Shown piece by piece: positions 22,780-36,480 of a stretch of 64,000 nucleotides of DNA. Source of the DNA: Macrostomum lignano (taxonomy: Eukaryota). The stretch is taken from NCBI GenBank assembly GCA_002269645.1, contig NIVC01003355.1, positions 38,621-102,620 on the forward strand. The letters are read 5' to 3'. Position 1 is the first letter of the stretch. Each line of letters begins with the position of its first letter. Below the pieces are notes generated by a model. That model was not told where the DNA came from and searched no databases. It was given only the letters and a program-made list of their open reading frames with translations. The position numbers and the translations under genes are program-made.

Positions 22780-24095
22780 CCAGTGACTCTCACTGTGACT
22801 CTCCCACTGACTCTCGTTGTCTCTCCCACTGACTCTCATCGTCTCCCACTGACTCTCATCATTTCTCCAACTGACTCTCATCATCTCTCCAACTGACTCT
22901 CATCATCTCTCCAACTGACTCTCATCATCTCTCCAACTGACTCTCATCATCTCTCCAACTGACTCTCATCATCTCTCCAACTGACTCTCATCATTTCTCC
23001 AACTGACTCTCATCATCTCTCCAACTGACTCTCATCATCTCTCCAACTGACTCTCATCATCTCTCCAACTGACTCTCATCATTTCTCCAACTGACTCTCA
23101 TCATCTCTCCAACTGACTCTCATCATCTCTCCAACTGACTCTCATCATCTCTCCAACTGACTCTCATCATCTCTCCAACTGACTCTCATCATCTCTCCAA
23201 CTGACTCTCATCATCTCTCCAACTGACTCTCATCATCTCTCCAACTGACTCTCATCATTTCTCCAACTGACTCTCATCATCTCTCCAACTGACTCTCATC
23301 ATCTCTCCAACTGACTCTCATCATCTCTCCAACTGACTCTCATCATCTCTCCAACTGACTCTCATCATCTCTCCAACTGACTCTCATCATCTCTCCACTG
23401 ACTCTCCTCATCTCTCCACTGACTCTCCTCATCTCTCCACTGATTCTCTCATCTCTCCAACTGACTCTCATCATCTCTCCAACTGACTCTCATCATCTCT
23501 CCAACTGACTCTCATCATCTCTCCAACTGACTCTCATCATCTCTCCACTGACTCTCATCATTTCTCCACTGACTCTCATCATTTCTCCACTGACTCTCAT
23601 CATCTCTCCACTGACTCTCATCATCTCTCCACTGACTCTCATCATCTCTCCAACTGACTCTCATCATCTCTCCAACTGACTCTCATCATCTCTCCACTGA
23701 CTGTCCTTATCTCTCCAACTGACTCTCATCATCTCTCCACTGACTCTCATCATCTCTCCAACTGACTCTCATCATCTCTCCACTGACTCTCATCATCTCT
23801 CCACTGACTCTCATCATCTCTCCAACTGACTCTCATCATCTCTCCAACTGACTCTCATCATCTCTCCACTGACTCTCATCATCTCTCCAACTGACTCTCA
23901 TCATCTCTCCAACTGACTCTCATCATCTCTCCACTGACTGTCCTTATTTCTCCAACTGACTCTCATCATCTCTCCACTGACTCTCATCATCTCTCCAACT
24001 GACTCTCATCATCTCTCCACTGACTCTCATCATATCTCCAACTGACTCTCATCATCTCTCCAACTGACTGTCCTTATCTCTCCCACTGACTCTCA
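22780..24095. repeat. 22-23-bp minisatellite (ACTGACTCTCATCATCTCTCCA)
   Basis: Direct inspection. Confidence 0.96.
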
Positions 24096-24579
24096 TTGTC
24101 TCTAATAGTAATATTAGAGATGACAATAATAACCAAGATAATAAGTAATAAAAAAGCATTTGTGTCTCGACTGCTATTTTTCGGTGATTTTTTCTTCACT
24201 CTGTGTTGTTGCGCGCGTGTGAAACTATCCAAACTTTGTATTAACTTAGCAAGCGTTTTTAACAATTTAGATACAATTTACAAAGTTTTCCTGATTACTA
24301 CTACTGATACTTGTTAATAGCATACTATCACTGGCCAGTTTTTCTTTTATTATTTTTATCTGAGCTCATCAAACTGAAAAATAGTTAAAAACGAACAAAA
24401 TAAAACGCAAGCAATTATTATAGTATTTTGCTTTTTTTTCTATTCAGCATTATTGTATGCGTGCGCGTTTGCATAGACAATTGTTACTACTGCAAGTAGC
24501 TTTTTGGTTAACTTACTTTTTCTTGTTTTATTAGTAAGAAACTTGCTGACTAAACTGAATATCTCCAATCTAACAGGCA

Positions 24580-24740
24580 TATAGCTCCTGTCTAACAGAC
24601 ACAGCTCCTGTCTAACAGACACAGCTCTTGTCTAGCAGGTACAGCTCCTGTCTAACAGGTACAGCTCCTGTCTAACAGACACAGCTCTTGTATAGCAGGT
24701 ACAGCTCCTGTCTGACAGGTACAGCTCCTGTCTAACAGGC
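24580..24740. repeat. 20-bp minisatellite (ACAGCTCCTGTCTAACAGAC)
   Basis: About 8 copies. Confidence 0.9.
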
Positions 24741-25394
24741 AAAAGAAAAGCTAGCTGCACCTTCTACTTTAATTTTTCGAAAAATCTTTCACAGATTATG
24801 CATTGTTCAGCGTTGACCCGATAAATCCAAACAAAATTTCCTGGGAATAGATTTAGTATTATTTTATCTTAGCGTGTCTGCAGGCTATCTAAGCTTCCGA
24901 TCTTGGGTAGAGAGTGCAGAAAAATGGCTTTTAGAAAAGATTCCGAAATTCATAGACGACCAAATCGTATTTCTAGACAGAAAATGTTCGATGAAAAAAT
25001 TTTTTACGAAACCAAATTTTTTATGAAAAGTACAACCAGGTGCTGATGATGGGTTCGGCTTTCGGCCTCCTCGACTAGTTTGGGGTGCATATTTCTCTTG
25101 GGATTAGGTATAGCTACGCCAAAAAGGCAGCCACTCTCTTGCTTGCTTGAGGTTCTATCAAGTGGTTTCTTCAGGTACGGTTAATCTTTTACCTGCCCGT
25201 TGCAGCCTGTGTGCTTTGCGTACCTTGTCTTGTGCTGTCTTGTCTTGTATCAGTTTGATTGACGTGCTGAAAATAGAGTAAAACAGGTCCGCCAATATGG
25301 CCCCATGTGTTTCTTGCATCAGCGGAAAAGTTAGATATGAGAGGTGGCCATGCAATGGGAAAACTGCTTGCTGAGTCAAGTTTGCTTCAAAAAT

Positions 25395-26885
25395 CGCCCC
25401 TGAACCATCTGCGAGAATCGCCCTAAACCATCTACAAGAATCGCCCCTAAACCATCTTAAAGAATCGCCCCTGAACCATCTACAAGAATCACCCCTGAAC
25501 CATCTACAAGATTCGCTCCTGGCCTGGACCATCTACAATAATCACCCCTGAACCATCTACAATAATGTTCCCTGAACCATCTACAATAATCTTCTCTGAA
25601 CCATCTACAATAATCACCCCTGAACCATCCACAATAATCTTCTCTGAACCATCTACAAGAATCGCTCCTGAACCATCTTCAAGAATCGCCCCTGAACCAT
25701 CTACAAGATTCGCTCCTGAAGCATTTACAAGAATCGCTCCTGAACCATCTTCAAGAATCGCCCCTGAACCATCTACAAGATTCGCTCCTGAAGCATTTAC
25801 AAGAATCGCTCCTGAACCATCTACAATAATCACCCCTGAACCATCTACAAGAATCACCCCTGAACCATCTACAATAATCTTCCCTGAAGCATCTTCAAGA
25901 ATCGCCCCTGAACCATCTACAAGATTCGCTCCTGGCCTGGACCATCTACAATAATCTTCTCTGAACCATCTACAATAATGTTCCCTGAACCATCTACAAT
26001 AATGTTCCCTGAACCATCTACAATAATGTTCCCTGAACCATCTACAATAATCACCCCTGAACCATCCACAATAATCACCCCTGAACCATCCACAATAATC
26101 ACCCCTGAACCATCTACAATAATCACCCCTGAACCATCCACAATAATCTTCTCTGAACCATCTACAATAATGTTCCCTGAACCATCTACAATAATGTTCC
26201 CTGAACCATCTACAATAATGTTCCCTGAACCATCTACAATAATGTTCCCTGAACCATCTACAATAATCACCCCTGAACCATCCACAATAATCACCCCTGA
26301 ACCATCCACAATAATCACCCCTGAACCATCTACAATAATCACCCCTGAACCATCCACAATAATCTTCTCTGAACCATCTACAAGAATCGCTCCTGAACCA
26401 TCTTCAAGAATCGCCCCTGAACCATCTACAAGATTCGCTCCTGAACCATATACAAGAATCACCTTTGAACCAGTGTCTACAAAAATCTTCCCTGAAGCAT
26501 CTACAAGATTCACCCCTGAACCAGCTACAATAATCTTCCCTGAACCATCTACAATAATCTTCCCTGAACCATTTACAAGAATCGCCCCTGAACCATCTAC
26601 AAGATTCGCTCCTGAAGCATCTACAATAATCTTCCCTGAACCATCTACAATAATCTTCCCTGAACCATCAACAATAATCTTCCCTGAACCATCAACAATA
26701 ATCTTCCCTGAACCATCTACAATAATCACCCCTGAACCATCTACAAGAATCACCCCTGAACCATCTACAATAATCACCCCTGAACCATCTACAAGAATCA
26801 CCCCTGAACCATCTACAATAATCTTCCCTGAACCATTCACAAGAATCACCACTGAAGCATCTACAAGAATTGCTCCTGAACCATT
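25395..26885. repeat. 24-bp minisatellite (CCTGAACCATCTACAATAATCACC)
   Basis: Direct inspection; accounts for the EPSTII/IIVDGSG ORFs. Confidence 0.95.
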
Positions 26886-27434
26886 TTCAAGAGTTGCCCC
26901 TAAGTTTAAGTGTCAGAAACAACATGTAAACAGAAAATATGCTGTGATGAAACGCAGCTCTGCGTCTGCAGCTGTAAATCACAAACTTTATCAGACTTTA
27001 ATGCATACTTTATCCCAGCTTAGTACCCCGTCAGACGAGCTGCATTTTACACTGGGATTACAGCAGCAATCTCATGCAATCTCTCAAGAGCTTAAGATCT
27101 ATTTTGCGATTATCGACTTTTAGTCAAGAGGTTTGGATGCACTTTTGTTTAGAGTTGCCGCTGCTAAACTCAGCAGACTGTGTCTGGGAGAGGCATTAGA
27201 TAATTACATGCATCAGTGTTATGCACAAACTGTACAATACATGCAGCAAGTATTTATCGTCTGTCAACTCGAGTTTTTGTGGCATCTAGCTAAGCATAAT
27301 AAAAAGCGAAAGCAGAAAACAGACCATTGCTGTGCTTGTGAGGCCTGTGTACTGGGTGTAACAGTTCTATTGAGCCGCTACGTGAACATCTACTCGTAAG
27401 TCAATAAGCCTATGATAGGATGTAATAAGTTATA

Positions 27435-30400
27435 GTCAATCACCTGGGTTCTAGTCAATCACCTGGGTTCTAGTCAATCATCTGGGTTCTAGTCAATCAC
27501 CTGGGTTCTAGTCAATCACCTGGGTTCTAGTCAATCACCTGGGTTCTAGTCAATCACCTGGGTTCTAGTCAATCACCTGGGTTCTCTGAGGCGTCAATTC
27601 GCGGGTGCCTTCGTCGGCGCGCTTGGAGACCAGCGCGAGGCGGAGTATTCCTACATCAGCACCGCCGTTAGAGCCGCTGCAGAGCAGACGGTCCCGCTGA
27701 TGCGGCCAGCGCAAAAATCGCTGCCTGCCTGGCAGAGCGACCCCATCATCAGGCAGGCGCGGCTCAACATCGAGCGACTCCGCAGAAACCGGAGGCCCAC
27801 AGGCGACGCTGAAGACGCATTTGAGCGCCTTCTTGACGAGCGGCAGCAGGCCGCTGTCGACGACGCCATTAGGTCCATCACTGCAGCCGGCCCCGACGTG
27901 AAGAGCCGCGCAGTGTGGACGGCCGTCCGGACTCTGACGGGGCGCAAATAGCGCGTGGCGCTGAACCTGGCAGGCGACACCCCGGAGGAGCGCAGGAATG
28001 AATTGCGCGACTTCTTCGCCCGCCAGCATCGTGAACGCGCCTGCGTCGCCGCTGCCCGCCAGCTTTGCGCTCCCACTGGACACGCCGCTCCCAGCTGGGG
28101 ACTTCTGCACCAGCCCATTCACAACGGAGGAGTTGTGCTGTTCGCTCGGAAAACATCAGGCGGCAAGGCGCTCGGCCCCGACGAAGTCCCGGTCGAAGCG
28201 CTGCGGCTCCGCTGTGTGGCCTCCCAGGTCACAGGCGTCATGAACCGCGTGCTCGCTGGCGCTCTTGCGCCCACCGAGTGGACCGTCGCCCACATCGTGC
28301 CGATCCCGAAGAAGGCAGGGACAACGCGGAAAGAAGACCAGCGCGGGATCTCGCTGATGTCCTGCACCGCGAAGCTCTTCAACCGGCTGCTGCTCGATCG
28401 TCTGCAGTCGGTGCTGGACCCGTACCTGCGGTACGAGCAGAGCGGATTCCGGCGGCAACGCGGTACAGTAACACAAGATTCTTGCACTCCGCCGTGTCAT
28501 CGAGGAGGCGCACATCCGCCCAGTCTACGCTGATCATTGTCTTCGTTGCCTTTCGAAAGGCGTTTGACTCGGTGTTGAGAGCCGCGCTTCCCTTTGTCCT
28601 TCCAGCCTACCGGGTCCGACAACAGCTAATCGACGCTGTCATGGCGCTGTATTGCGATAATCGAGCTGCTGTGGTGACAGCGGACGGCCTGTCAGACCTG
28701 TTCGATACTTCATCAGGAGTTCTGCAGGGCGACACGCTAGCGCCGTTCCTCTTCGTGCTGCTGCTGGACTGGGTGCTTCGGACCGCACTCCCCTCGGATA
28801 ATGACGACTTCCTGCTGCGCAGACGCATCGGTCGCCGCCACGGCGAAAAGCGCCTAAGCGTGCTTGGCTACGCCGACGACCTCGGCCTCCTGTCCTCGTC
28901 CGTTGAAGGCGCCCAGCGCCAGATCGACAGGCTGGTCGAGGTGGCATCGAGCGTTGGTCTGATCGTCAACACGCTGAAGACCGAGGTGCTGACTGTGCCG
29001 GCCGACATCCCAGCGGACCTGAACCCGTCGATACGTGGACTGCCTGCTGTGCGACGCTGGCGGACTTTGTTCGCTCCCAGGCTCTGCGGCGCGCCATCTG
29101 ACGCGCCCTGCTCTAACTGTGACTGTGCATGCGGGGTCGCGTATTTTGTTGTTGTTGTTGTTGTTGGGTTCTCTATTCAAAATCACCTGGGTTCTAGTCA
29201 ATCACCTGGGTTCTAGTCAATCACCTGGGTTCTAGTCAATCACCTGGGTTCTAGTCCATCACCTGGTTCTAGTCAATCACCTGGGTTCTAGTCAATCACC
29301 TGGGTTCTAGTCAATCAACTGGGTTCTAGTCAATCACCTGGGTTCTAGTCAATCACCTGGGTTCTAGTCAATCACCTGGGTTCTAGTCAATCACCTGGGT
29401 TCTAGTCAATCACCTGGGTTCTAGTCAATCACCTGGGTTCTAGTCAATCACCTGGGTTCTAGTCAATCACCTGGGTTCTAGTCAATCACCTGGGTTCTAG
29501 TCAATCACCTGGGTTCTAGTCAATCACCTGGGTTCTAGTCAATCACCTGGTTCTAGTCAATCACCTGGTTCTAGTCAATCAACTGGGTTCTAGTCAATCA
29601 CCTGGGTTCTAGTCAATCACCTGGGTTCTAGTCAATCACCTGGTTCTAGTCAATCAACTGGGTTCTAGTCAATCACCTGGGTTCTAGTCAATCACCTGGG
29701 TTCTCTATTCAAAATCACCTGGGTTCTAGTCAATTACGTGGGTTCTAGTCAATCACCTGGGTTCTAGTCAATCACCTGGGTTCTAGTCAATCACCTGGGT
29801 TCTAGTCAATCACCTGGGTTCTAGTCAATCACCTGGGTTCTAGTCAATCACCTGGGTTCTAGTCAATCACCTGGGTTCTAGTCAATCACCTGGGTTCTAG
29901 TCAATCACCTGGGTTCTAGTCAATCACCTGGGTTCTAGTCAATCACCTGGTTCTAGTCAATCACCTGGTTCTAGTCAATCAACTGGGTTCTAGTCAATCA
30001 CCTGGGTTCTAGTCAATCACCTGGGTTCTAGTCAATCACCTGGGTTCTAGTCAATCACCTGGGTTCTAGTCAATCACCTGGTTCTAGTCAATCACCTGGG
30101 TTCTAGTCAATCACCTGGGTTCTAGTCAATCACCTGGGTTCTAGTCAATCACCTGGTTCTAGTCAATCACCTGGGTTCTAGTCAATCACCTGGTTCTAGT
30201 CAATCAACTGGGTTCTAGTCAATCACCTGGGTTCTAGTCAATCACCTGGGTTCTCTATTCAAAATCACCTGGGTTCTAGTCAATTACGTGGGTTCTAGTC
30301 AATCACCTGGGTTCTAGTCAATCACCTGGGTTCTAGTCAATCACCTGGGTTCTAGTCAATCACCTGGGTTCTAGTCAATCACCTGGGTTCTAGTCAATCA

Positions 30401-30834
30401 CCTGGGTTCTAGTCAATCACCTGGGTTCTAGTCAATCACCTGGGTTCTAGTCAATCACCTGGGTTCTAGTCAATCACCTGGGTTCTAGTCAATCACCTGG
30501 GTTCTAGTCAATCACCTGGGTTCTAGTCAATCACCTGGGTTCTAGTCAATCACCTGGGTTCTAGTCAATCACCTGGGTTCTAGTCAATCACCTGGGTTCT
30601 AGTCAATCACCTGGGTTCTAGTCAATCACCTGGGTTCTAGTCAATCACCTGGGTTCTAGTCAATCACCTGGGTTCTAGTCAATCACCTGGGTTCTAGTCA
30701 ATCACCTGGGTTCTAGTCAATCACCTGGGTTCTAGTCAATCACCTGGGTTCTAGTCAATCACCTGGGTTCTAGTCAATCACCTGGGTTCTAGTCAATCAC
30801 CTGGGTTCTAGTCAATCACCTGGGTTCTAGTCAA
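27435..30834. repeat. 19-bp satellite (GGGTTCTAGTCAATCACCT) interrupted by a LINE
   Basis: Arrays at about 27435-27587 and 29165-30834. Confidence 0.96.
27588..29164 (+). mobile_element. 5'-truncated, internally deleted RTE-type LINE (RT domain)
   Basis: Motifs GPDEVP, IVPIPKK, RGISLMSCTAKLFNR, EQSGFR, FRKAFDSV, GVLQGDTLAPFLF and YADD; (GTT)n tail; 10-bp TSD TGGGTTCTCT at 27578-27587 and 29165-29174; frameshifts and a stop codon. Confidence 0.93.
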
Positions 30835-31784
30835 AATGAATGAATGGTTGCGTGAGAACTGCTGCAGCTGTCTATAAGATACCCTAAAGGAACCTCTAAA
30901 AAATTGTTTGCTAAAGGGATGAGCTTGCAATCTGACCTCGGAATCATCATGTCCGTCCACCATAAAAGCCATGTGCGATCGAACAGCTCAGAAAAATCTG
31001 TTAAAAATAAACATAAGTTAAACTAAGAACTAGCTATACAAATATATAACAATGGAGCAGTAGGGAGAAGAGAGGGAGAGTGAGTAGAGGAGAGAGATTG
31101 GGAGACAGCAAGGGAAGAGGGGAAAGAGAGATGAGCAGAGAGGGAGAGAAAGGAAGGAAGGAACAGAGTGGGATAAAAGTCCAGCAAAGCGAGTTCTTCA
31201 ATCTTTGGCTGGAGGGAGAGGGAAAGCGGCAGAATAGAGGCAGGTATAAAAATTCGATGTCTATTTGCAGCTGTGGTCTGCACTCAAATGTAAATCGCGT
31301 GATCTGCTCCGCTTAATGCATGGATCATGTCAGGGTCTGCCTGGGTTTGCAGATTCAGAGCAATAAACGCGGAGACTGTATAGAAAGCTAAATGGCTCGC
31401 TTTTGCTCTGATCAAACAATAGCGAGGTCCATTTTGTTCCTGAGTCTTTATGTTCTCTTTTGTTTCACAATGGATGCGCAGCAGATGGACTAGATGGATT
31501 CAGTTAAAATTATTTTCGTCGGAGGCTACGTAGAAGACGCGAAACTGAAGAATCCAGTAACCTGAAACTAATGAAACTGCTAAGCTTTTCTTCGAAGTAC
31601 TTACTTTCGATTTGGAGCTAATGGAAGGATAGTCGTTAAGTATTGAGTACCTGTTTTCAAATTTGGAAGATTGTTAACCCCAGGATTCCGCTCAAGATTT
31701 ATCAGCTGTTGAGATACTCAAGCTGTCTTTCAATTAACAGCAAGGAGTTGACAAAGGTTTGAGATAAAGAGATAAACACAGCAG

Positions 31785-33890
31785 TTGGGGTTTGTGAGGT
31801 CAGAAAAGATAAGGACAAGCTGTGGGGGTTGCGCGGTCAGAAAAGATAAGGACAGTGGTGGGGGTTGTGCGGTCAGAAAAGATAAGGACAGCAGGGGGTT
31901 GTGCGGTCAGAAAAGATAAGGACGGCAGGGGGGGTGCGGTCAGAAAAGATAAGGACAGCAGGGGGTTGTGCGGTCAGAAAAGATAAGGACAGTGGTGGGG
32001 GTTGTGCGGATAGAAAAGATAAGGTCAGCAGGGGGTTGTGCGTTCAGAAAAGATAAGGACAGTGGTGGGGGTTGTGCCGTCAGAAAAGATAAGGACAGTG
32101 GTGGGGGTTGTGCGGTCAGAAAAGATAAGGACAGTGGTGGGGGTTGTGGGTTAGAAAAGATAAGGACAGCAGGGGGGTGCGGTCAGAAAAGATAAGGACG
32201 GCAGGGGGGGGGTGCGGTCAGAAAAGATAAGGACAGCAGGGGGGTGCGGTTAGAAAAGATAAGGACAGCAGGGGGGGTGTGGTCAGGAAAGATAAGGACA
32301 GTGGTGGGGGTTGTGCGGTCAGAAAAGATAAGGACAGTGGTGGGGGTTGAGGGGTTAGAAAAGATAAGGACAGCAGGGGGTTGTGCGGTCAGAAAAGATA
32401 AGGACAGTGGTGGGGGTTGTGCGGATAGAAAAGATAAGGTCAGCAGGGGGTTGTGCGTTCAGAAAAGATAAGGACAGTGGTGGGGTTGTGCGTCAGAAAA
32501 GATAAGGACAGTGGTGGGGGTTGTGCGGTCAGAAAAGATAAGGACAGTGGTGGGGGTTGTGGGGTTAGAAAAGATAAGGACAGCAGGGGGTTGTGCGGTC
32601 AGGAAAGATAAGGACAGTGGTGGGGTTGTGCGGTCAGAAAAGATAAGGACAGTGGTGGGGTTGTGGGGTTAGAAAAGATAAGGACAGCAGGGGGTTGTGC
32701 GTTCAGAAAAGATAAGGACAGTGGTGGGGGTTGTGCGGTCAGAAAAGATAAGGACAGTGGTGGGGGTTGTGCGGTCAGAAAAGATAAGGACAGTGGTGGG
32801 GGTTGTGGGGTTAGAAAAGATAAGGACAGTGGTGGGGGTTGTGGGGTTAGAAAAGATAAGGACAGCAGGGGGTTGTGCGGTCAGGAAAGATAAGGACAGT
32901 GATGGGGGTTGTGCGGTCAGAAAAGATAAGGACAGTGGTGGGGGTTGTGGGGTTAGAAAAGATAAGGACAGCAGGGGTTGTGCGTTCAGAAAAGATAAGG
33001 ACAGTGGTGGGGGTTGTGCGGTCAGAAAAGATAAGGACAGTGGTGGGGGTTGTGCGGTCAGAAAAGATAAGGACAGTGGTGGGGGTTGTGGGGTTAGAAA
33101 AGATAAGGACAGTGGTGGGGGTTGTGGGGTTAGAAAAGATAAGGACAGCAGGGAGGTGTGCGGATAAAAAAGATCGACAGCAGGGGGTGTGCGGTCAGAA
33201 AAGATAAGGACAGCAGGGGGGGGGTGTGCGGTCAGAAAAGATAAGGACAGCAGGGGGGGTGTGCGGTCAGAAAAGATAAGGACAGCGGGGGTTGTGCGGT
33301 CAGAAAAGATAAGGTCAGCGGTAAGAGGGTTGTGCGTTCAGAAAAGATAAGGACAGCAGGGGGTTGTGCGGTCAGGAAAGATAAGGACAGTGGTGGGGGT
33401 TGTGCGGTCAGAAAAGATAAGGACAGTGGTGGGGGTTGTGGGGTTAGAAAAGATAAGGACAGCAGGGGGTTGTGCGTTCAGAAAAGATAAGGACAGTGGT
33501 GGGGGTTGTGCGGTCAGAAAAGATAAGGACAGTGGTGGGGGTTGTGCGGTCAGAAAAGATAAGGACAGTGGTGGGGGTTGTGGGGTTAGAAAAGATAAGG
33601 ACAGTGGTGGGTTGTGGGGTTAGAAAAGATAAGGACAGCAGGGAGGTGTGCGGATAAAAAAGATCGACAGCAGGGGGTGTGCGGTCAGAAAAGATAAGGA
33701 CAGCAGGGGGGGGGTGTGCGGTCAGAAAAGATAAGGACAGCAGGGGGGGGTGTGCGGTCAGAAAAGATAAGGACAGCGGGGGTTGTGCGGTCAGAAAAGA
33801 TAAGGACAGCAGGGGGTTGTGCGGTCAGAAAAGATAAGGACAGTGGTGGGGGTTGTGCGTTCAGAAAAGATAAGGACAGCGGTGGGTTTT
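31785..33890. repeat. About 38-bp minisatellite (GGTCAGAAAAGATAAGGACAGTGGTGGGGGTTGTGC)
   Basis: Direct inspection. Confidence 0.95.
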
Positions 33891-34164
33891 GCGCAGTTAA
33901 AATGCAAATACATTTTTGCCAAATTCGAAAATAAGTTAATCACTACACAAAGCAGGCCAGTTCAGTAAATAGATAAATGACTTAAAAACGATGATATTTT
34001 TTTATTGAAGCAGCTCGAAAACAAAAGAGGCATATAGAGTGGAGAATTCTGAATGGTTGGAGACCTGTATGTGGTTATATAAATAACAGGGTTACACCGA
34101 ATACACTGTAAGGATTGATGGCTGGCGGTCCAACTCAATTGTAGCAATTTTTTATTTTTACTAA

Positions 34165-34556
34165 TCAACCCATGCCATCTCTAAGCGGCCGAGTTTCCTG
34201 CGAATTGCCATCCAGCCGGAGCTGATGATGGTGATGATGATTGGCGAATGAGGATGATGACAGTGGCGCTCGATTGTTGGTGCATGCCGGCCTGCCGGTT
34301 GCCAATAGAGATGGGGACGCCTGCTGCGATGACGAGTTCCCCTGGCCCGAGTTGGAGATCAGCTCAATGTCTCGGCGAATTTGGCGTCGCAGGCCGACTG
34401 GGTGCGGTTTTGGGATTCGAAGCGGATGCCGGCTCTTGCGGATGCTGGGCAGCTTGCTGATCAGTAGGTACCAGTAGTATGAGGCGCATATTATGAATAA
34501 TTCGGCGAATTCGAATAGAGTCACGATGCTGAAACCAATCCACAGGCCCAGGATGC
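34165..34556 (-). CDS. DEG/ENaC channel, terminal exon (TM2 and cytoplasmic tail)
   Basis: GILGLWIGFSIVTLFEFAELF (TM2 with GxS filter). Acceptor CTCACAG|GC completes the Gly codon from the exon ending at 50355 (SELG-G). Confidence 0.92.
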
Positions 34557-34679
34557 CTGTGAGAGGAGAATTGGGGAAAGCAGTGTCGCATATGAGCCCG
34601 GTGTTCAAATGTACTTTTAACGGGATTCTGATGTAAATCTGTGATGAAATAGCTCTGGTTCTACTGCAATTTTCATTGT

Positions 34680-35617
34680 TTCTAATGTAAATCCGAGAAT
34701 TATAATGTAATTTTAAAGTCTCTAATGTAGCTCAGAAAATTCTAATGACACTCTTGAGGGTCTAATGTAACTTCGGAGAGTCTATTGTAGCTCTGGAGTA
34801 CCTAATATAATTAGAGTAATCTAATGTACTCTGGAAAATCTTTTGTAGCTCTGCAATATCTAATGTAACTCTTTAGTGTCTAATGTAACTCTTTAGTGTC
34901 TAATGTAAATCTGGAGTGTCTAATGTAAATCTTGAGCATCTAATGTAACTCTTTAGTGTCTAATGTAAATCTGGAGTGTCTAATGTAACTCTTGAGTATC
35001 TAATGTAACTCTTTAGTGTCTAATGTAACTCTTGAGTATCTAATGTAACTCTTTAGTGTCTAATGTAAATCTGGAGTGTCTAATGTAACTCTTGAGTATC
35101 TTATGTAACTCTTTAGTGTCTAATATAACTCTTGAGTATCTAATGTAACTCTTGAGTATCTAATGTAACTCTTTAGTGTCTAATGTAAATCTTGAGCATC
35201 TAATGTAACTCTTAAGTATCTAATGTAACTCTAGAGTATCTAATGTAACTCTTTAGTGTCTAATGTAAATCTGGAGTGTCTAATGTAACTCTTGAGTATC
35301 TAATGTAACTCTTTAGTGTCTAATGTAACTCTTGAGTATCTAATGTAACTCTTTAGTGTCTAATGTAAATCTGGAGTGTCTAATGTAACTCTTGAGTATC
35401 TAATGTAACTCTAGAGTATCCAATGTAACTCTTTAGTGTCTAATGTAACTCTTAAGTATCTAATGTAACTCTAGAGTATCTAATGTAACTCTTTAGTGTC
35501 TAATGTAAATCTGGAGTGTCTAATGTAACTCTTGAGTATCTAATGTAACTCTTTAGTGTCTAATGTAACTCTTGAGTATCTAATGTAACTCTTTAGTGTC
35601 TAATGTAAATCTGGGAG
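34680..35617. repeat. 20-bp minisatellite (TCTAATGTAACTCTTGAGTA), degenerate at its left edge
   Basis: Direct inspection. Confidence 0.93.
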
Positions 35618-35632
35618 AGTCCAATGTAACCG

Positions 35633-36475
35633 GCGTTACTGGTAAGAACATCATTTTCCATTCGGACAGCCAAGCTGCCTTGCACGCCATCAGTGGCTGC
35701 AGCACCAACTCTGCTACAGTCCTTGACTGTATCAAACTCCTCAATGTGTTGGGTTCCGCCAACAAAATTACCCTTAAGTGGGTTCCGGGGCATGTGGGGA
35801 TCCGAGGAAATGAGTTGGCTGACACCCTTGCAAAAGTTGGTGCCTCCGGCTCCTCTCTCGGCCCCGAACCTCTTGTCCCGATTCCTGGCTGTGTCATCGA
35901 CTCGCGCATCAAAGCGTGGATCAGGACTCAGCACCGCTCGACTTGGGCGAACCGCACGAACTGCAGGCAATCCAGAGGCGCTGTCCCTCAGCCCTCTCAC
36001 CAGCTCCGGAAGCTCCTCTTGCGCCTCTCGCGCAGAGACATCCGGGCTGCCACCATGACCCTCTCTGGTCACGGCTGCTTCTCCAGGCACCAGCACCTGC
36101 AGGGCAACGCCACCAACGCCACCTGTAGCTTCTGCAACTCAGGTGACGAAACCGCTGAGCATTTCGTCAGCATCTGTCCCGCCTTCACGCGGGCCAGACT
36201 CACTTACCTCGGGCCACACACATCTATTACTGAAGCGTGCAAACCCGAAAACTTTAATCAGCTCATGCGCTACCTTCGGGCCACCCGCAGGGCTGAACTC
36301 TCCTTTCCAGAGAGCACCATAGCTGCTGGCGACACTGGGGACCTCCCTGGGCGGCGCCAACCCTCCGTCCATAGCGACGCGTCGGCCGTTCAGGGACTAG
36401 CGGAATGGGCGCCCGCGCCTTCCCGCTGTGTCCCCTCCGGGACAGCCCTGCAGCTAAGTCAAGTAAGTCAAGTCA
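35633..36475 (+). mobile_element. 5'-truncated LINE 3' end with RNase H and CCHC knuckle (I/R1/Loa-like group)
   Basis: FHSDSQAAL…LKWVPGHVGIRGNELADTLAK; SGHG…CSFC…ETAEH…C; (AAGTC)n tail; 15-bp TSD AGTCCAATGTAACCG at 35618-35632 and 36476-36490. Confidence 0.93.
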
Positions 36476-36480
36476 AGTCC

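Noticed and set aside
25565-27123. Mucin-like PEPSTII ORFs
   Set aside because: They come from a 24-bp satellite with frame-breaking variants at about 25520 and 25932 and mostly non-synonymous variation. The opposite strand is equally open.
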